A DNA stretch of 64,000 bases from an uncultured delta proteobacterium (GTDB lineage Bacteria; Desulfobacterota; Desulfobacteria; Desulfobacterales; Desulfatirhabdiaceae): contig CAWBKP010000019.1 of assembly GCA_963789395.1 (NCBI GenBank), positions 137,245-201,244 on the forward strand, given 5' to 3'. The stretch's first letter is position 1. Each line of letters opens with the position of its first letter. Shown here one piece after another: positions 10,372 to 23,022 of this stretch. The notes beneath the pieces were generated by a model, which saw only the letters and a program-made list of their open reading frames with translations, ran no database searches and was not told the origin of the DNA. The translations under genes and the position numbers were made by a program.

Positions 10372-11229
10372 TCAGATGGTGGTTTTGATATGGTCAATGA
10401 CCCGGTTCACATATTGGCGGGTTTCACTGTAGGGGACATTGCCGTTATACCGTTTGACGGTTTCAGGGCCGGCATTATAGGCAGAAAGCGCCTGTCTGAC
10501 ATTTCCGTCAAACAAATCCATCATTTTTTTTAAATAGCGAACGCCTCCGTCAATGTTTTGCTTGATATCGAACGGATTTTCAACCCCCAGGTCTCTGGCG
10601 GTTCCGGGCATCAACTGCATCAGACCCTGTGCGCCTGCAGGGGAAACCGCATTTGCATCATAATTGGATTCCGCCTTGATAACCCCTTTGATCAGCTTGG
10701 GGGAAAGTTGATATTGGGCGGCTGCTTCGTGTATGGCTTTTTCAATTTCAAAGCTGTTTATGTTGGAACGTAAACTTTTGCCGGATGTGGGCACAGGTGT
10801 TTTCAGGGAATTTATTAAGCCGTGGCTGGATTTATTCTGCGCCCGGTCTTTGGTCCCAGTTTCAAGGCAAACGGCCGACTGCTTGTCCGGTGTTTCAGAA
10901 CCAAGAAGATATTCTGAAGCCTCTTTGTATGCCGTGATGCCACGCGATGGATTTGAATGGGCTGTTTGAGAACCTGAAGGCAATCGTCTTGACGGGCGGT
11001 TATAGGGGCATGCGACCGGACGCAACCGGTAGTCCGCGATTGAGAGCCCTTTTGCGATTTTGGGTTCGGTTTGCTGCGGCAACTTTTTAAATGTTGAAAG
11101 AATGCCATTAAAATCCGCAGTGGCCGCCTGTGTTTCTTTTTGGGGCTTCAGATCCTGCCGGATCACCTTGATTCTTCCAGAGGCTTTATTTATATAATCT
11201 TCGATTGTCATTCTTGATTCGATTGCCAT
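10372..11229 (-). CDS. Lytic transglycosylase (SLT domain) with long N-terminal extension
   Basis: VIKAES (catalytic Glu), GAQGLMQLMP.TA, AYNAG, ETRQYV. Confidence 0.9.
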   Translation of the reverse strand: MAIESRMTIEDYINKASGRIKVIRQDLKPQKETQAATADFNGILSTFKKLPQQTEPKIAKGLSIADYRLRPVACPYNRPSRRLPSGSQTAHSNPSRGITAYKEASEYLLGSETPDKQSAVCLETGTKDRAQNKSSHGLINSLKTPVPTSGKSLRSNINSFEIEKAIHEAAAQYQLSPKLIKGVIKAESNYDANAVSPAGAQGLMQLMPGTARDLGVENPFDIKQNIDGGVRYLKKMMDLFDGNVRQALSAYNAGPETVKRYNGNVPYSETRQYVNRVIDHIKTTI

Positions 11230-11483
11230 TTTTATCTCTCTGAGACGCTATAGGGATAATATCCTTTTTCACAATTGACAGATGATAGGCACGCCAGTTT
11301 TTTGGCGCTACAGATATTTATTTGACACAGACAGTTGGCGCTGCATTCACCATGCTATCCGGAAGATTTGCGTAATTCAATATAATTGGCAACATTTCAT
11401 AAACAGTGTCTAAACGGAAAGCCGGTTTCTAACAACGTGAAGGCATGTAATCCGAAACCATATCGATTTCCTTCCCCAAGACG

Positions 11484-12278
11484 TTACGGCGACTTTTGGT
11501 GTGATTTTGTAATCTGCAGCGTCGAAAACGAAAAAAACAATGTAATGCAGCAAACGGTTATCAAGGAAAATTTCAATAATAATCGGGCGATGATTCCCAC
11601 GATGTCATGCGTGGAATCGTGCTGCGGTGCATATTCCGGGGTGGATTTATTAGAGACCGTCTGAATCTCCCCGTATTTTTCGCCTGCGGCGGGCGCTGTA
11701 TCATCACAAACAAATTGGGGGTCGGTCGTTGTGTCGTCATCAAGAAGCTGAAGGTGAGCCTCAGACAATAACGGGGTCAGGTCGGCAGGCATCAGTGGTT
11801 CTGAAATGATGGGTTCCTGTTTTTCGGGGGTTTCGGCAATTTGTTCCTCATGAGGCGATGGCGGGGCGTTTATGGAAACGAAGACCTCTGATGATAGCGG
11901 CTTGGCAATCGGCTGCTCTGCGTGGTTACCGTCGGATCGTTGCCGCTGCGACTTGGCGGAAGCGGATTGCTTCGTCCGTTTGCTGATGGTTTGCTGTAAC
12001 TGTAGTTTGGCGGATAAAGGTAGCTCGGCCGGGAGATTTACGGGAGGTTGCAACCGTTCATGGGGCGACTCCGTCGATAGCTTCGACATAACGATTTTCC
12101 CACCGCCATCGGCAAGATGTCTGGAATTGACACGGGGCGTCGTTGTTGCGGAAGAAGCGTCATCACCCATTCCCGGACCAGGAAGAATCAAAATCCACAA
12201 TACCAAACACCCGGCAATCCGGGTGATATACCGACGATGCAAATTCATGAATGCAGGCCTCCTTTTCAACGGGTCCAA
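11484..12278 (-). CDS. Hypothetical membrane-anchored protein with Pro/Ser/Thr-rich centre
   Basis: 264-aa ORF with hydrophobic segments near both termini; sigma54 promoter directly upstream. Confidence 0.6.
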   Translation of the reverse strand: MDPLKRRPAFMNLHRRYITRIAGCLVLWILILPGPGMGDDASSATTTPRVNSRHLADGGGKIVMSKLSTESPHERLQPPVNLPAELPLSAKLQLQQTISKRTKQSASAKSQRQRSDGNHAEQPIAKPLSSEVFVSINAPPSPHEEQIAETPEKQEPIISEPLMPADLTPLLSEAHLQLLDDDTTTDPQFVCDDTAPAAGEKYGEIQTVSNKSTPEYAPQHDSTHDIVGIIARLLLKFSLITVCCITLFFSFSTLQITKSHQKSP

Positions 12279-12328
12279 ATCATATGCGGGCAGGATGCTG
12301 AACTTAAATGCAATTGTTCACTAAAATA

Positions 12329-12344
12329 TGCAATAAAAGTGCCA
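12329..12344 (-). promoter_or_regulatory. Sigma54 (-24/-12) promoter
   Basis: Minus strand reads TGGCAC-TTTTA-TTGCA, matching TGGCAC-N5-TTGCW exactly, in an intergenic gap. Confidence 0.8.
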
Positions 12345-12525
12345 TGCTGAAAAAATCTGCAGCCCTTATCGTGAATGTCCAATCATTGAAATGAAAATTG
12401 TACAGGTGGCGGAAGCCAAGCAACGTTTCGTGGAAATAACAGTGAGAGAAAGGCGATATGGGGTGTGTGAGGTGAGAAGCCCTGCAAGATCCCGGCAATG
12501 TAAAAAAATAGGTGCCTGACCGCTG

Positions 12526-14938
12526 TCAGTATTCAGATTTTGAAAGCTCTTCCAATGTTTTCGGGCCTGAATTGCCGGCTGAGACCGTTGTCGGAAGGGT
12601 TCCTTCCTTGAAGCATTCGAATAACACGGTTTGTGTTTCAGGGCCTGCCAGTTGGCCGGTGTTCGCGTCAATTTTTGCAAAAACGATTCCCTCTGGAACC
12701 GGAAAAACCTGAACAGGCATATTGGCAAGTACACGCTTCATAAACCCCACCCACACCGGGCAAGCCGCCGCTCCACCGGTTTCACCCTTTCCCAGTGTCC
12801 CTTCTTCGTCAAACCCGACCCATACCCCGGTAATGTATTCAGGTGTATATCCAACGAACCAGGCATCGTTGAGATTATTGGTTGTTCCGGTTTTTCCGGC
12901 TGCCGGACGGTTCAGTTCTCTGGCCCTTCGGCCGGTGCCATTTTTCACAACACTTTCCAGAAGGTTGGTGATGATGAATGCCGTACTTTTTTCAATGACC
13001 GGCACTCTTTCCGGAACGGTTTCTTCAAGAACGCGGCCGTTCTGATCCGTGATTTTGGTGATGAAAACCGGCTGGATTAAATCTCCTGCGTTATCAAATA
13101 CGGAATAGGCTCTGACCAGCTCCAGAAGAGACACCCCGGATGATCCCAGTGCAATGGAGAGGTTAGGCTCCAAAATGGAGGTGATGCCCAGTTTTTTGGC
13201 GTAGCCGATGGCGTAGTTCACGCCGATATCCTGAAGGATTTTAACCGTCACCACGTTCACGGATTTTTCCAGGGCGTTTCGCAGCAGGATTTGCCCGGAA
13301 TATTTTCTGTCATAATTCTGTGGTTTCCAGACCGATGCGCCATCTTCATCCTGAAACGCGATCGGCGAGTCGATTATCACCGTTGCCGGAGTGTAGCCCT
13401 TGTCAATGGCGGCGGCATAGATGATGGGTTTGAAAGATGACCCGGGTTGCCTTCTGGACTGGATGGCCCGGTTAAACTGGCTGTCTCTGAAATCCCTGCC
13501 GCCAACCATCACCTTGACCAAGCCGGTGCCGGCTTCCAGACAAAGCAGTGCGCCCTGAACTTTGGGCGTTTGTTCCAGGGCAAGGATCCACCTGTCTCCC
13601 TCCTTGGCTTTATCCAATACTTTGACCAGAACGACGTCTCCGATGCCAAGGATGGCTGACGACCGTTTTGCACCGCCCAGTTGTTGGGGGCTGTTTTGAA
13701 TGGACTTTTTTGCCCATTTCATGTCCGCAAAGCGAATGACGCCCTGGGATTTTCCGATGCGAATTTCGGCAGACTGTTCCGATTCACCACTGATTGAAAC
13801 GACAACTCCGCTTATAACGGTTCCGGGTTTGATCGGAGCGTCCTTGATTTCTTCCTGAGTTGCTGCGGAAAAGGACTCGATTTCATTCGGTTTCAGGTGT
13901 TTGATCGGCCCCCGGTATCCCTGGCGTTTATCGAGCGCGCCAAGGCCGATACCCAGCTCTTCCTGAGCCGCCTTCTGCATGTCGATGTCAACAGCCGCGT
14001 AAATGCTGAGCCCGTTGCTGTATAAAGCGTCGGGGCCGTATTTGGTTTCAACGTAGCGCCGGATATACTCGGTATAAAACGGCACTTCTTCAATATACCA
14101 GTTTTTCCGGGGTTTGACATCCATGGGCTGCTGAATGGCCGCAGCGGCCTGAGCTTCGGTGATATAGCCTTCGGCGGCCATGCGGTTCAAGACGTATGTC
14201 TGGCGCTGTTTGGCTCTGTCCGGATACCGGAACGGGGAATACTTGGTGGGTGCCTGTGGCAGTCCGGCCAGCATTGCGCATTCGGCAAGATTTAAATCCG
14301 TAACGGGTTTGCCGAAGTAGTTTTCCGAAGCCGCTTCAATTCCGTAAGCGCCGTGACCCAGATAAATCTGATTCAGATATAAAAACAGGATTTCGTCTTT
14401 TGAAAATGCCTGGCTGATTCGATACGCCAGAATGGCTTCCTTGATTTTTCGGGTGTAGCTTCGTTCCGGGGTCAGCAGAAAGGATTTGGTAACCTGCTGG
14501 GTAATCGTGCTTCCGCCCTGAACTACACCGCCGGCTTCGATATTTTTCAATAAAGCCCGGAAGATGCCGATGACATCAATTCCCGGATGACTGTAGAAAC
14601 GGGAATCTTCGGCGGCAATAAACGCCTCTTTCAGAATTTGAGGAATTCTGGATATGGGGACGACAATCCGGCGTTCTTTGTAAAATTCGCCGATTTTCCG
14701 ATTATCGTCTGAATAAACCGTGGTGACTACCGGCGGATGGTAATCGGACAGTTTGGATATTTTCGGCAGATCTTCATTGATGTAAAAATAAACCAGTACA
14801 ACTGCAATCATTCCTGCAATGATGGCGAGCCGAGCCTGACCAGAAAACCGTTTTGAAAATGATCGTGGACAATTTCCTGCGGGGTTTCTGGCGGGCCCGC
14901 TGTTTCAGAATCTTTGATGTTTTTCGAAATTCAGGCAT
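12526..14938 (-). CDS. mrcA: Penicillin-binding protein 1A; frameshift near 14832
   Basis: Transglycosylase motifs [29 protein letters not shown]; transpeptidase SSFK, SVN, KTG. ATG 14938 encodes a basic N-tail (MPEFRKTSK...) that joins the TM helix across an indel. Confidence 0.93.
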
Positions 14939-15113
14939 AATGATGATGGGTTTCTACGTTTGGATATCAGTCGTGCAAAACTTGATGAGCTTATTGCTTT
15001 ACAAATATTCAGCGACTTGTTACTTTACCTTCCGGTTGATAAAAATATTCATTATAACCCAGGATGAGAGAAAGACAAGAATTTTTAGCAATGACCTTTT
15101 AGCAGGAAAGATT

Positions 15114-15494
15114 ATGGATGCGATTAAACTTGATTTCGACAAACTTGAAGGGCTGGTTCCTGCCATTGCCCAGGACATTGAGACCGGCGAGGTCCTGATG
15201 CTGGCATTCATGAATGCAGAAGCATGGGAAGCCACCCTTGCAACCGGCAAAGCCACGTATTACAGCAGGACCCGGAAAAAACTCTGGATCAAAGGGGAAA
15301 CATCCGGCCACTGCCAGATCGTCAGGGAAATCCGCATCGACTGCGACAATGATACGGTGCTGCTGAAAATAGAGCAGATCGGTGGCGCCGCCTGCCATAC
15401 CGGGCATAAAAGCTGTTTTTTCAAGCGCGTGGAAGGAGGCCGCATCAAAATATCCGGAGAGCCGATTTTTAATCCAAAGGAGATCTATAAATAA
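15114..15494 (+). CDS. hisI: Phosphoribosyl-AMP cyclohydrolase
   Basis: [31 protein letters not shown]; start moved to ATG 15114 after an AGGA SD. Confidence 0.95.
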   Translation: MDAIKLDFDKLEGLVPAIAQDIETGEVLMLAFMNAEAWEATLATGKATYYSRTRKKLWIKGETSGHCQIVREIRIDCDNDTVLLKIEQIGGAACHTGHKSCFFKRVEGGRIKISGEPIFNPKEIYK

Positions 15495-16370
15495 ATGAAC
15501 GCTGTTTTGAAACTGGGGATTCCCAAGGGAAGTCTGCAGAACGCCACCGTGGAGCTGTTCAGGCGTTCCGGCTGGAAAATCGATGTCAATGGCAGAAGTT
15601 ATTTTCCTGAAATTAATGATGAAAAAATTGAATGTGCCTTATGCCGGGCACAGGAAATGTCCCGATATGTCGAAAACGGCACAATGGATGCCGGACTTAC
15701 CGGCAAGGACTGGATCGCCGAAAACAGATCAAATGTCCATGTGGTGGCGGATCTTGTCTATTCAAAAGTGAGTGCGCGGCCTGCCCGGTGGGTGCTTGCT
15801 GTTCCGTTTGACTCTCCGGCCAGAAAACCCGAAGATCTTGCCGGCAAAAAAATTGCAACTGAACTGGTCGAGTTTACAAAAAAATATTTTGCGGAAAGAA
15901 GTGTTCCGGTAACCGTCGAATTTTCCTGGGGAGCGACAGAGGCCAAGGTGGTATCGGGTCTGGCGGATGCCATCGTCGAGGTTACGGAAACCGGCAGCAC
16001 CATCAAGGCGCACGGCCTTCGGATCATCCATGAGCTGATGCAGACCAATACCCAGCTGATCGCCAACCACGAATCGTGGAAAAATCCTGAAAAAAGAGAA
16101 AAAATCGAGCAGATTGCGCTGCTGCTTCAAGGCGCGCTGCTGGGGGAAAAACTCGTGGGTCTCAAAATGAATGTTCCGGATGCCTGCCTTGAAAAAGTGG
16201 TGGCGCTGTTGCCCAGCCTGAACGCTCCTACAGTCGCATCTCTTTACAAATCCACATGGTATTCGGTTGAAACCGTTGTGAATACGCATGTGGTAAGGGA
16301 ATTGATTCCTGTCTTGATGAAAAACGGTGCGGAAGGAATTATCGAGTATCCGTTGAATAAGGTGATATAG
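15495..16370 (+). CDS. hisG: ATP phosphoribosyltransferase, long form
   Basis: [33 protein letters not shown]-terminal regulatory domain. Confidence 0.96.
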   Translation: MNAVLKLGIPKGSLQNATVELFRRSGWKIDVNGRSYFPEINDEKIECALCRAQEMSRYVENGTMDAGLTGKDWIAENRSNVHVVADLVYSKVSARPARWVLAVPFDSPARKPEDLAGKKIATELVEFTKKYFAERSVPVTVEFSWGATEAKVVSGLADAIVEVTETGSTIKAHGLRIIHELMQTNTQLIANHESWKNPEKREKIEQIALLLQGALLGEKLVGLKMNVPDACLEKVVALLPSLNAPTVASLYKSTWYSVETVVNTHVVRELIPVLMKNGAEGIIEYPLNKVI

Positions 16371-16372
16371 TA

Positions 16373-16395
16373 TCTGAACGGAATACCCGTTCAGA
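16373..16395. repeat. 9-bp hairpin TCTGAACGG-N5-CCGTTCAGA directly after hisG
   Basis: Perfect inverted repeat read from the sequence. Confidence 0.6.
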
Positions 16396-16400
16396 AAATT

Positions 16401-16524
16401 TGAAATCCGAATATCGAAATCCGAAACAATGCCCAACCGCTTATACATATCAATGACAAAAACAAAGTAATTTCAAATGAATAAACTTTGCCACTCTGAT
16501 ATTTGAATTTGTTTCGGATTTCGA
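16401..16524. repeat. Heptamer-periodic element with a 16-bp perfect inverted repeat
   Basis: Units TGAAATC-CGAATAT-CGAAATC-CGAAACA at 16401-16428; arm 16414-16429 is the reverse complement of 16509-16524. Confidence 0.8.
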
Positions 16525-16539
16525 ATGTTTGTATCGAGT

Positions 16540-17300
16540 CTAGTTGACGGATGAAAACAACCCCGCTTTAAAAAACTCCCGGTTCATTCGGGCAATGTTG
16601 GTGATGGAGATTTCCTTGGGGCATTCCGCCTCGCATTCCCGTTCGTTGGAGCAGTTTCCAAATCCCAGTTCATCCATGGTCCGAACCATATATGTGACGC
16701 GCCTGGCTGCCTCGGGTTTTCCCTGAGGCAGCAGTGCGAGCTGGGATACCTTTGCGCCCACAAAAAGCATGGCCGATGCATTGGGGCAGGCAGCCACACA
16801 GGCTCCGCAGCCGATACAGGCCGCGGCATCCATGGCCTTTTCCGCGATTTCCTTTGGAACCGGGATGGCATTGGCATCCGGAGTCCCGCCGGTATTGACT
16901 GACACATACCCGCCGGCCTGAATGACTTTATCCAGGGCGCTCCGGTCCACAACCAGATCTTTTAAAACCTTGAAGGCTTTTGCCCGGAACGGTTCAATGG
17001 CAATGGTATCCCCGTCGCAGAAATGCCGCATGTGAAGCTGGCACAGGGTGGTTCCTTTTTCAGGGCCGTGAGGCCTGCCGTTTATTACAGATCCGCACTG
17101 GCCGCAGATTCCCTCCCGGCAATCATGATCAAAGGCAATGGGCTCCTTGCAATCCAGGGTAAGCTGCTCATTGACAACATCCAGCATTTCCAGAAACGAC
17201 ATGTCCGTAGATATATTGCTGGCATGGTAGGTTTCAAATCCGCCTTTTATCGCAGCGGATTGCTGTCGCCATACCTTCAGCGTTAAATTGATGGTTTTTG

Positions 17301-17304
<4 letters not shown>
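16540..17304 (-). CDS. sdhB: Succinate dehydrogenase/fumarate reductase iron-sulfur subunit
   Basis: [35 protein letters not shown]. Confidence 0.95.
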
Positions 17305-19214
<1,910 letters not shown>

Positions 19215-19231
19215 GGTTGATCTCCTTATTC

Positions 19232-19873
19232 TTAAGCAATCAGCGAAATATAGACGGGAAGAAATCCAAAACCAATGCCGACGATGAGGCTGAAGACCAG
19301 GCTGAGCGTCATAATGTACGGCATGTATTTGGGGTGGTTGGCGCCCAGGGTTTGAAAAGCGCTCCACAGCCCGTGGCTCACATGAAGGCCGGCGATGATC
19401 ATGGCCAGAATGTAGAAAATGACATAAAGCGGATTTGAAAACGCCTTGGAAACAATATCAAAGATGGTCAGGTGGGTCTTGTCCACAAAATGAAAATTGA
19501 AAAGATGAAAAATCACAAAAAACAGCAGAAAAAAACCGGTGTAAGGCATGGTTGCGGACCCGATGGTTCTGCCGCCAGCATTTTTGTTGACGCGATAGCG
19601 GTTGGGTCTGGCCCGCAGGTTTTCATAAAACAGGGTCGCGCCTGTCAGGACATGAACCAGGGCCAATGCCAAAAGCCCCATCTCCGCCACGTTCACCAGC
19701 GGACCCAGGGAGTGGAGGTGTGCTGCATATGAATTAAAAGCATCTCTTCCCCCATAGATAAACAGGTTGCCGGCAAGGTGTGAAACCAGAAACCCGCAAA
19801 AACAAAGTCCCGTAATGGCCATCATCAGTTTTTTTCCGATGGATGAGCCCAGCATGTTGACAAGCCAGTTCAT
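19232..19873 (-). CDS. sdhC: Succinate dehydrogenase/fumarate reductase cytochrome b subunit (single 5-TM anchor)
   Basis: SSIGKK..MA.TG, four membrane His (HLAGN, LVHV, FHL, LHVSHG); GGAGG SD before ATG 19873. Confidence 0.92.
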   Translation of the reverse strand: MNWLVNMLGSSIGKKLMMAITGLCFCGFLVSHLAGNLFIYGGRDAFNSYAAHLHSLGPLVNVAEMGLLALALVHVLTGATLFYENLRARPNRYRVNKNAGGRTIGSATMPYTGFFLLFFVIFHLFNFHFVDKTHLTIFDIVSKAFSNPLYVIFYILAMIIAGLHVSHGLWSAFQTLGANHPKYMPYIMTLSLVFSLIVGIGFGFLPVYISLIA

Positions 19874-19899
19874 TTTTTCCTCCAGGTTAAGAATAATCA

Positions 19900-20300
19900 A
19901 TAAATAATTTAATAGCTTAATTTGTTTAGTATTGAATTATATTTATCTATTGCTTCTGATCCGATCTGTCAATGATGAAAGTAATGGACGATCAAGAAAT
20001 ATATTGGTATTCTTCAGAACGGTCATCACGGATCATGTTGGACATCGCAAAACTTTGTTACTGAATGTGGTTTTATAAAATCATCTGGTGAATTTAATTA
20101 ATTATAACAATCTGAATTTAATTACAATATTATATAAAAATTAAATAATTCCATTTGAACTTATATGAAATGATGTTCTATGTAAATTGATATTATAATA
20201 TATTTGATATTTAATATAATATAATTAATTATTTGATATTAAATATGATAAAATTCGAAACATTGTTTCGTAAAAAATTGATATACGAATGAAAATATTC
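19900..20300. promoter_or_regulatory. Very AT-rich upstream region of the sdh operon with repeated TTGATAT and a CGAAACA-T-TGTTTCG palindrome
   Basis: 7 G+C in 60 nt at 20161-20220; TTGATAT at 20187, 20204, 20233, 20278; palindrome at 20256-20270. Confidence 0.55.
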
Positions 20301-20689
20301 TGTCAAGTGTAAATTTTCTGCAAATACGCGTCTGAAATACCCTTTGCGCTGAAACCCAGCGCATCTTCTTGCATGCGACTTGACCCGCGGCACCTTCAAA
20401 ATTGGCTTTCCGTGCATCTTTGGGTATGTTCCGAACTTCACGAATCTAAGGCAGCTTCATCGACATTTCCAAGGCATGCATTGACATTGACACTTGATTA
20501 TTAAAGATGTACGTACCTGTTGCCGTTGAAAGCGTATTGGCAGCAGCATGTTGGTCAGCATTTTATGAAAGCTTTCAGAATTATTAACAGCATGGGTACC
20601 GAAGCTACTGTCTGATATGCCTTTGCGTAAGGCGACCGGTTTGTTTTTTGTTCTGGGGGCGCCAGGAAGTAGGGATAAGGAAAAACAAC

Positions 20690-21301
20690 ATGATTTCTGA
20701 AAACGCGTCGGATTGTTGCATTCAGATGACACTGAAAGAAGATTCCAGATTCTGCTTTCTGTTGAATAGCGTTTTCCGTCAGGGCGTTCGGATGGAGATT
20801 CTGGCAGGTTCCAGCATTCGGCAGGTCATTGTCGAGCAACTGGGAATTGCTGAAGCGTATCTGGAAAACCGGGTTCAAACGCTTTTTCTGAATGGAAAGC
20901 CCGTGGATGATGTGGATGCCATGACGGTTTCTGACGGCTCCATCCTGGCGCTGTCGGCTGCCATGCCGGGGCTTGCGGGAGCCACGCTCAGAAAAGGCGG
21001 AAAATATGCTGCATTTCGGCAAGAGATAACTCTTGGCAGGGATTCGCCGGTCCCGGTTCTCCGGAAAGGGCGGATGGTGATGAAACTTTTTAATCAGGTT
21101 GCCGAGGAACTGGGGCCGGTGGTGGTAACAAAAGGGATAGGGATTGGCGGCGGGGATTTGCTGGATGTTATCCGTAAGGCCAAGGAAATGTCCCTACTCT
21201 CTGAAATCGTTGAATTGACAGTAAACGGTAATGCCATTGCTCCGGAAATGCTGGCTGCAAAGATCAGCAGCCAATCCGACGTTTTCCTTTCGATCAGATA
21301 G
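20690..21301 (+). CDS. Hypothetical protein with a ThiS/MoaD-like (beta-grasp) segment
   Basis: FLNGKPVDD.....V.DGS.LAL.AAMPG resembles the C-terminal half of sulfur-carrier proteins; AAGG SD before ATG 20690. Confidence 0.6.
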   Translation: MISENASDCCIQMTLKEDSRFCFLLNSVFRQGVRMEILAGSSIRQVIVEQLGIAEAYLENRVQTLFLNGKPVDDVDAMTVSDGSILALSAAMPGLAGATLRKGGKYAAFRQEITLGRDSPVPVLRKGRMVMKLFNQVAEELGPVVVTKGIGIGGGDLLDVIRKAKEMSLLSEIVELTVNGNAIAPEMLAAKISSQSDVFLSIR

Positions 21302-21343
21302 TGATGGCAATTTTCAACCGGCTGACGGGATGGCCTTGAACCG

Positions 21344-22165
21344 TTAACGGTTCGGGTTCAGATTGCCCATGCGATACCCGCTCATATCCATGAGAACATG
21401 GACAAATCCAAGCTGTTTAAAAAATGAAACCACCTGTTCACGGATAGGCGGTGCCATCATTCGGCTCAATTCATTTATATCCAATTCGATGCGGGCGGTA
21501 TCGCCAAAGTGCCTGACCCGAACCTGAGCGATGTTTCCCAGCCTGCGGATATAGGCTTCAGCTGCATCAATCTGCCGAAGCTTTTCCGGAGTAATCGGGC
21601 TGAAATAAGGAATCCGGGATGCCAGGCAGGCCAGTGCCGGCTTGTCCCAGGTGGACAGTCCCAGCGCTTTGGATAAGGCGCGGATACCGTCCTTGGTCAA
21701 TCCGGCCTCGCTTAAAGGGCTTCGAACGCCCAGTTCCCGTGCGGCAAGGCTGCCCGGGCGGTAATCCTTGCCGTCATCCGCATTTTCCCCATCTGCAATG
21801 ACGGTAAACCCGTGTTGACCGGCAATGGTAATCAGTGCCTCGTATCGGTATTTTTTACAGAGGTAGCATCTGTCAGGAGGATTTTGCACAAACTCCGGAA
21901 TGCGCATTTCATGGGTTTCCACCACAAGATGCCGAACCCCGATTTGCCGGGCAAATGTCACGGCATCTGAAAACTCTTCCTGAGAAGTGGTCTCAGACCG
22001 GGCGGTGAAAGCCATGACAGAATCATTTAGGACATCGGAGGCAACCCGAAGCAGCAATGCGCTGTCAACGCCGCCGGAAAAGGCAATGGCGACCCGTCCC
22101 ATTTGCCTGAGGATTTCCTTCAAATCGGCGTACCCGGTTATTTGTAACGGATCAATCGAGTGCAT
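21344..22165 (-). CDS. larE: LarE-family PP-loop ATP-dependent sulfur insertase
   Basis: AFSGGVDS PP-loop, RCYLCK, DG.N.DD..DYRPG, WDKP..ACLASRIP, QVRVRH. Confidence 0.9.
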   Translation of the reverse strand: MHSIDPLQITGYADLKEILRQMGRVAIAFSGGVDSALLLRVASDVLNDSVMAFTARSETTSQEEFSDAVTFARQIGVRHLVVETHEMRIPEFVQNPPDRCYLCKKYRYEALITIAGQHGFTVIADGENADDGKDYRPGSLAARELGVRSPLSEAGLTKDGIRALSKALGLSTWDKPALACLASRIPYFSPITPEKLRQIDAAEAYIRRLGNIAQVRVRHFGDTARIELDINELSRMMAPPIREQVVSFFKQLGFVHVLMDMSGYRMGNLNPNR

Positions 22166-22546
22166 ACCCTGTTATTATCCGTCATTTGGCGATCTGTCAA
22201 CTTAACAAAAATTCAAAATGTTATCCGGTTTGCAGTCAGGGATAGGGAACGTCAGGGCAGATGCCGATTTTGCCTATCGTCGATACTGAAACCGGTATTG
22301 TCTGCATGCAGAAAAAAATCTCGTAAAAGCTTAAAAATATGGATATAATAACATAACAGGTAACTATTTTTTTGCTTTTGAGTGAGTATTTTTTGCCTGT
22401 CTAAGTTTTTTGTGATAGAAATATAATCAGTATACGGGAGATGGTACCCAACTGTTTCAAAACATCAGGCGGTTTTTTCCGGTTGTAGACATTTGCAGCC
22501 TGCTGTCATGTTTCGATGGGGATCTTACCCATGGCCTTTTACCTGA

Positions 22547-23017
22547 ATGTGTGGAGAGTGGATGATCCATATTCGTTTGCCGAATAAACATCAAAATCAG
22601 GGGTTCACCCTGATTGAACTCATGGTCGTTATCGTTATTCTGGGAATACTGGCCATGTACATTGCGCCCAAAATCATGGGACGGCCTGAAGAAGCCCGTC
22701 AGGTTAAGGCCAGAGTGGATATTGCCAGTCTGGAAACAGCCTTAAAGCTTTATAAACTGGACAACGGAATGTATCCAACCACAGAGCAGGGGCTTCAGGC
22801 ACTGGTCAGCCCGCCCCAGACAGAACCTGCTCCCCGGAACTGGAAAAAAGGCGGATATCTGGAAAAGGGAAAAGTTCCCAAGGATCCCTGGGGAAATCCC
22901 TTTGTTTATTTATATCCCGGCATCAAGGGCGAGTATGATATTATTTCATACGGTGCTGACGGCTCTCCCGGAGGTGTGGAGCATAACCGGGATATTCATA
23001 GCTGGGACCTGGACTGA
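22547..23017 (+). CDS. gspG: Type II secretion major pseudopilin
   Basis: [14 protein letters not shown] prepilin motif, [31 protein letters not shown]. Confidence 0.95.
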   Translation: MCGEWMIHIRLPNKHQNQGFTLIELMVVIVILGILAMYIAPKIMGRPEEARQVKARVDIASLETALKLYKLDNGMYPTTEQGLQALVSPPQTEPAPRNWKKGGYLEKGKVPKDPWGNPFVYLYPGIKGEYDIISYGADGSPGGVEHNRDIHSWDLD

Positions 23018-23022
23018 CATCC

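Noticed and set aside
14853..15113. N-terminal extension of hisI in the ORF track (likewise sdhA 19215-19367 and metG 49347-49541)
   Set aside because: The extensions overlap neighbouring genes, and family homology begins at the later starts.
16394..16530. CRISPR array
   Set aside because: Units are 7 nt without spacers, and no cas genes are in the window.
20600..20650. c-di-GMP-I riboswitch-like words (CAAACC...CGCAAAG) on the minus strand
   Set aside because: The GAAA tetraloop stem and P1 pairing are missing.
19900..20690. Replication origin in the AT-rich gap
   Set aside because: I found no DnaA boxes (TTATCCACA-like) and no dnaA/gidA-type neighbours.
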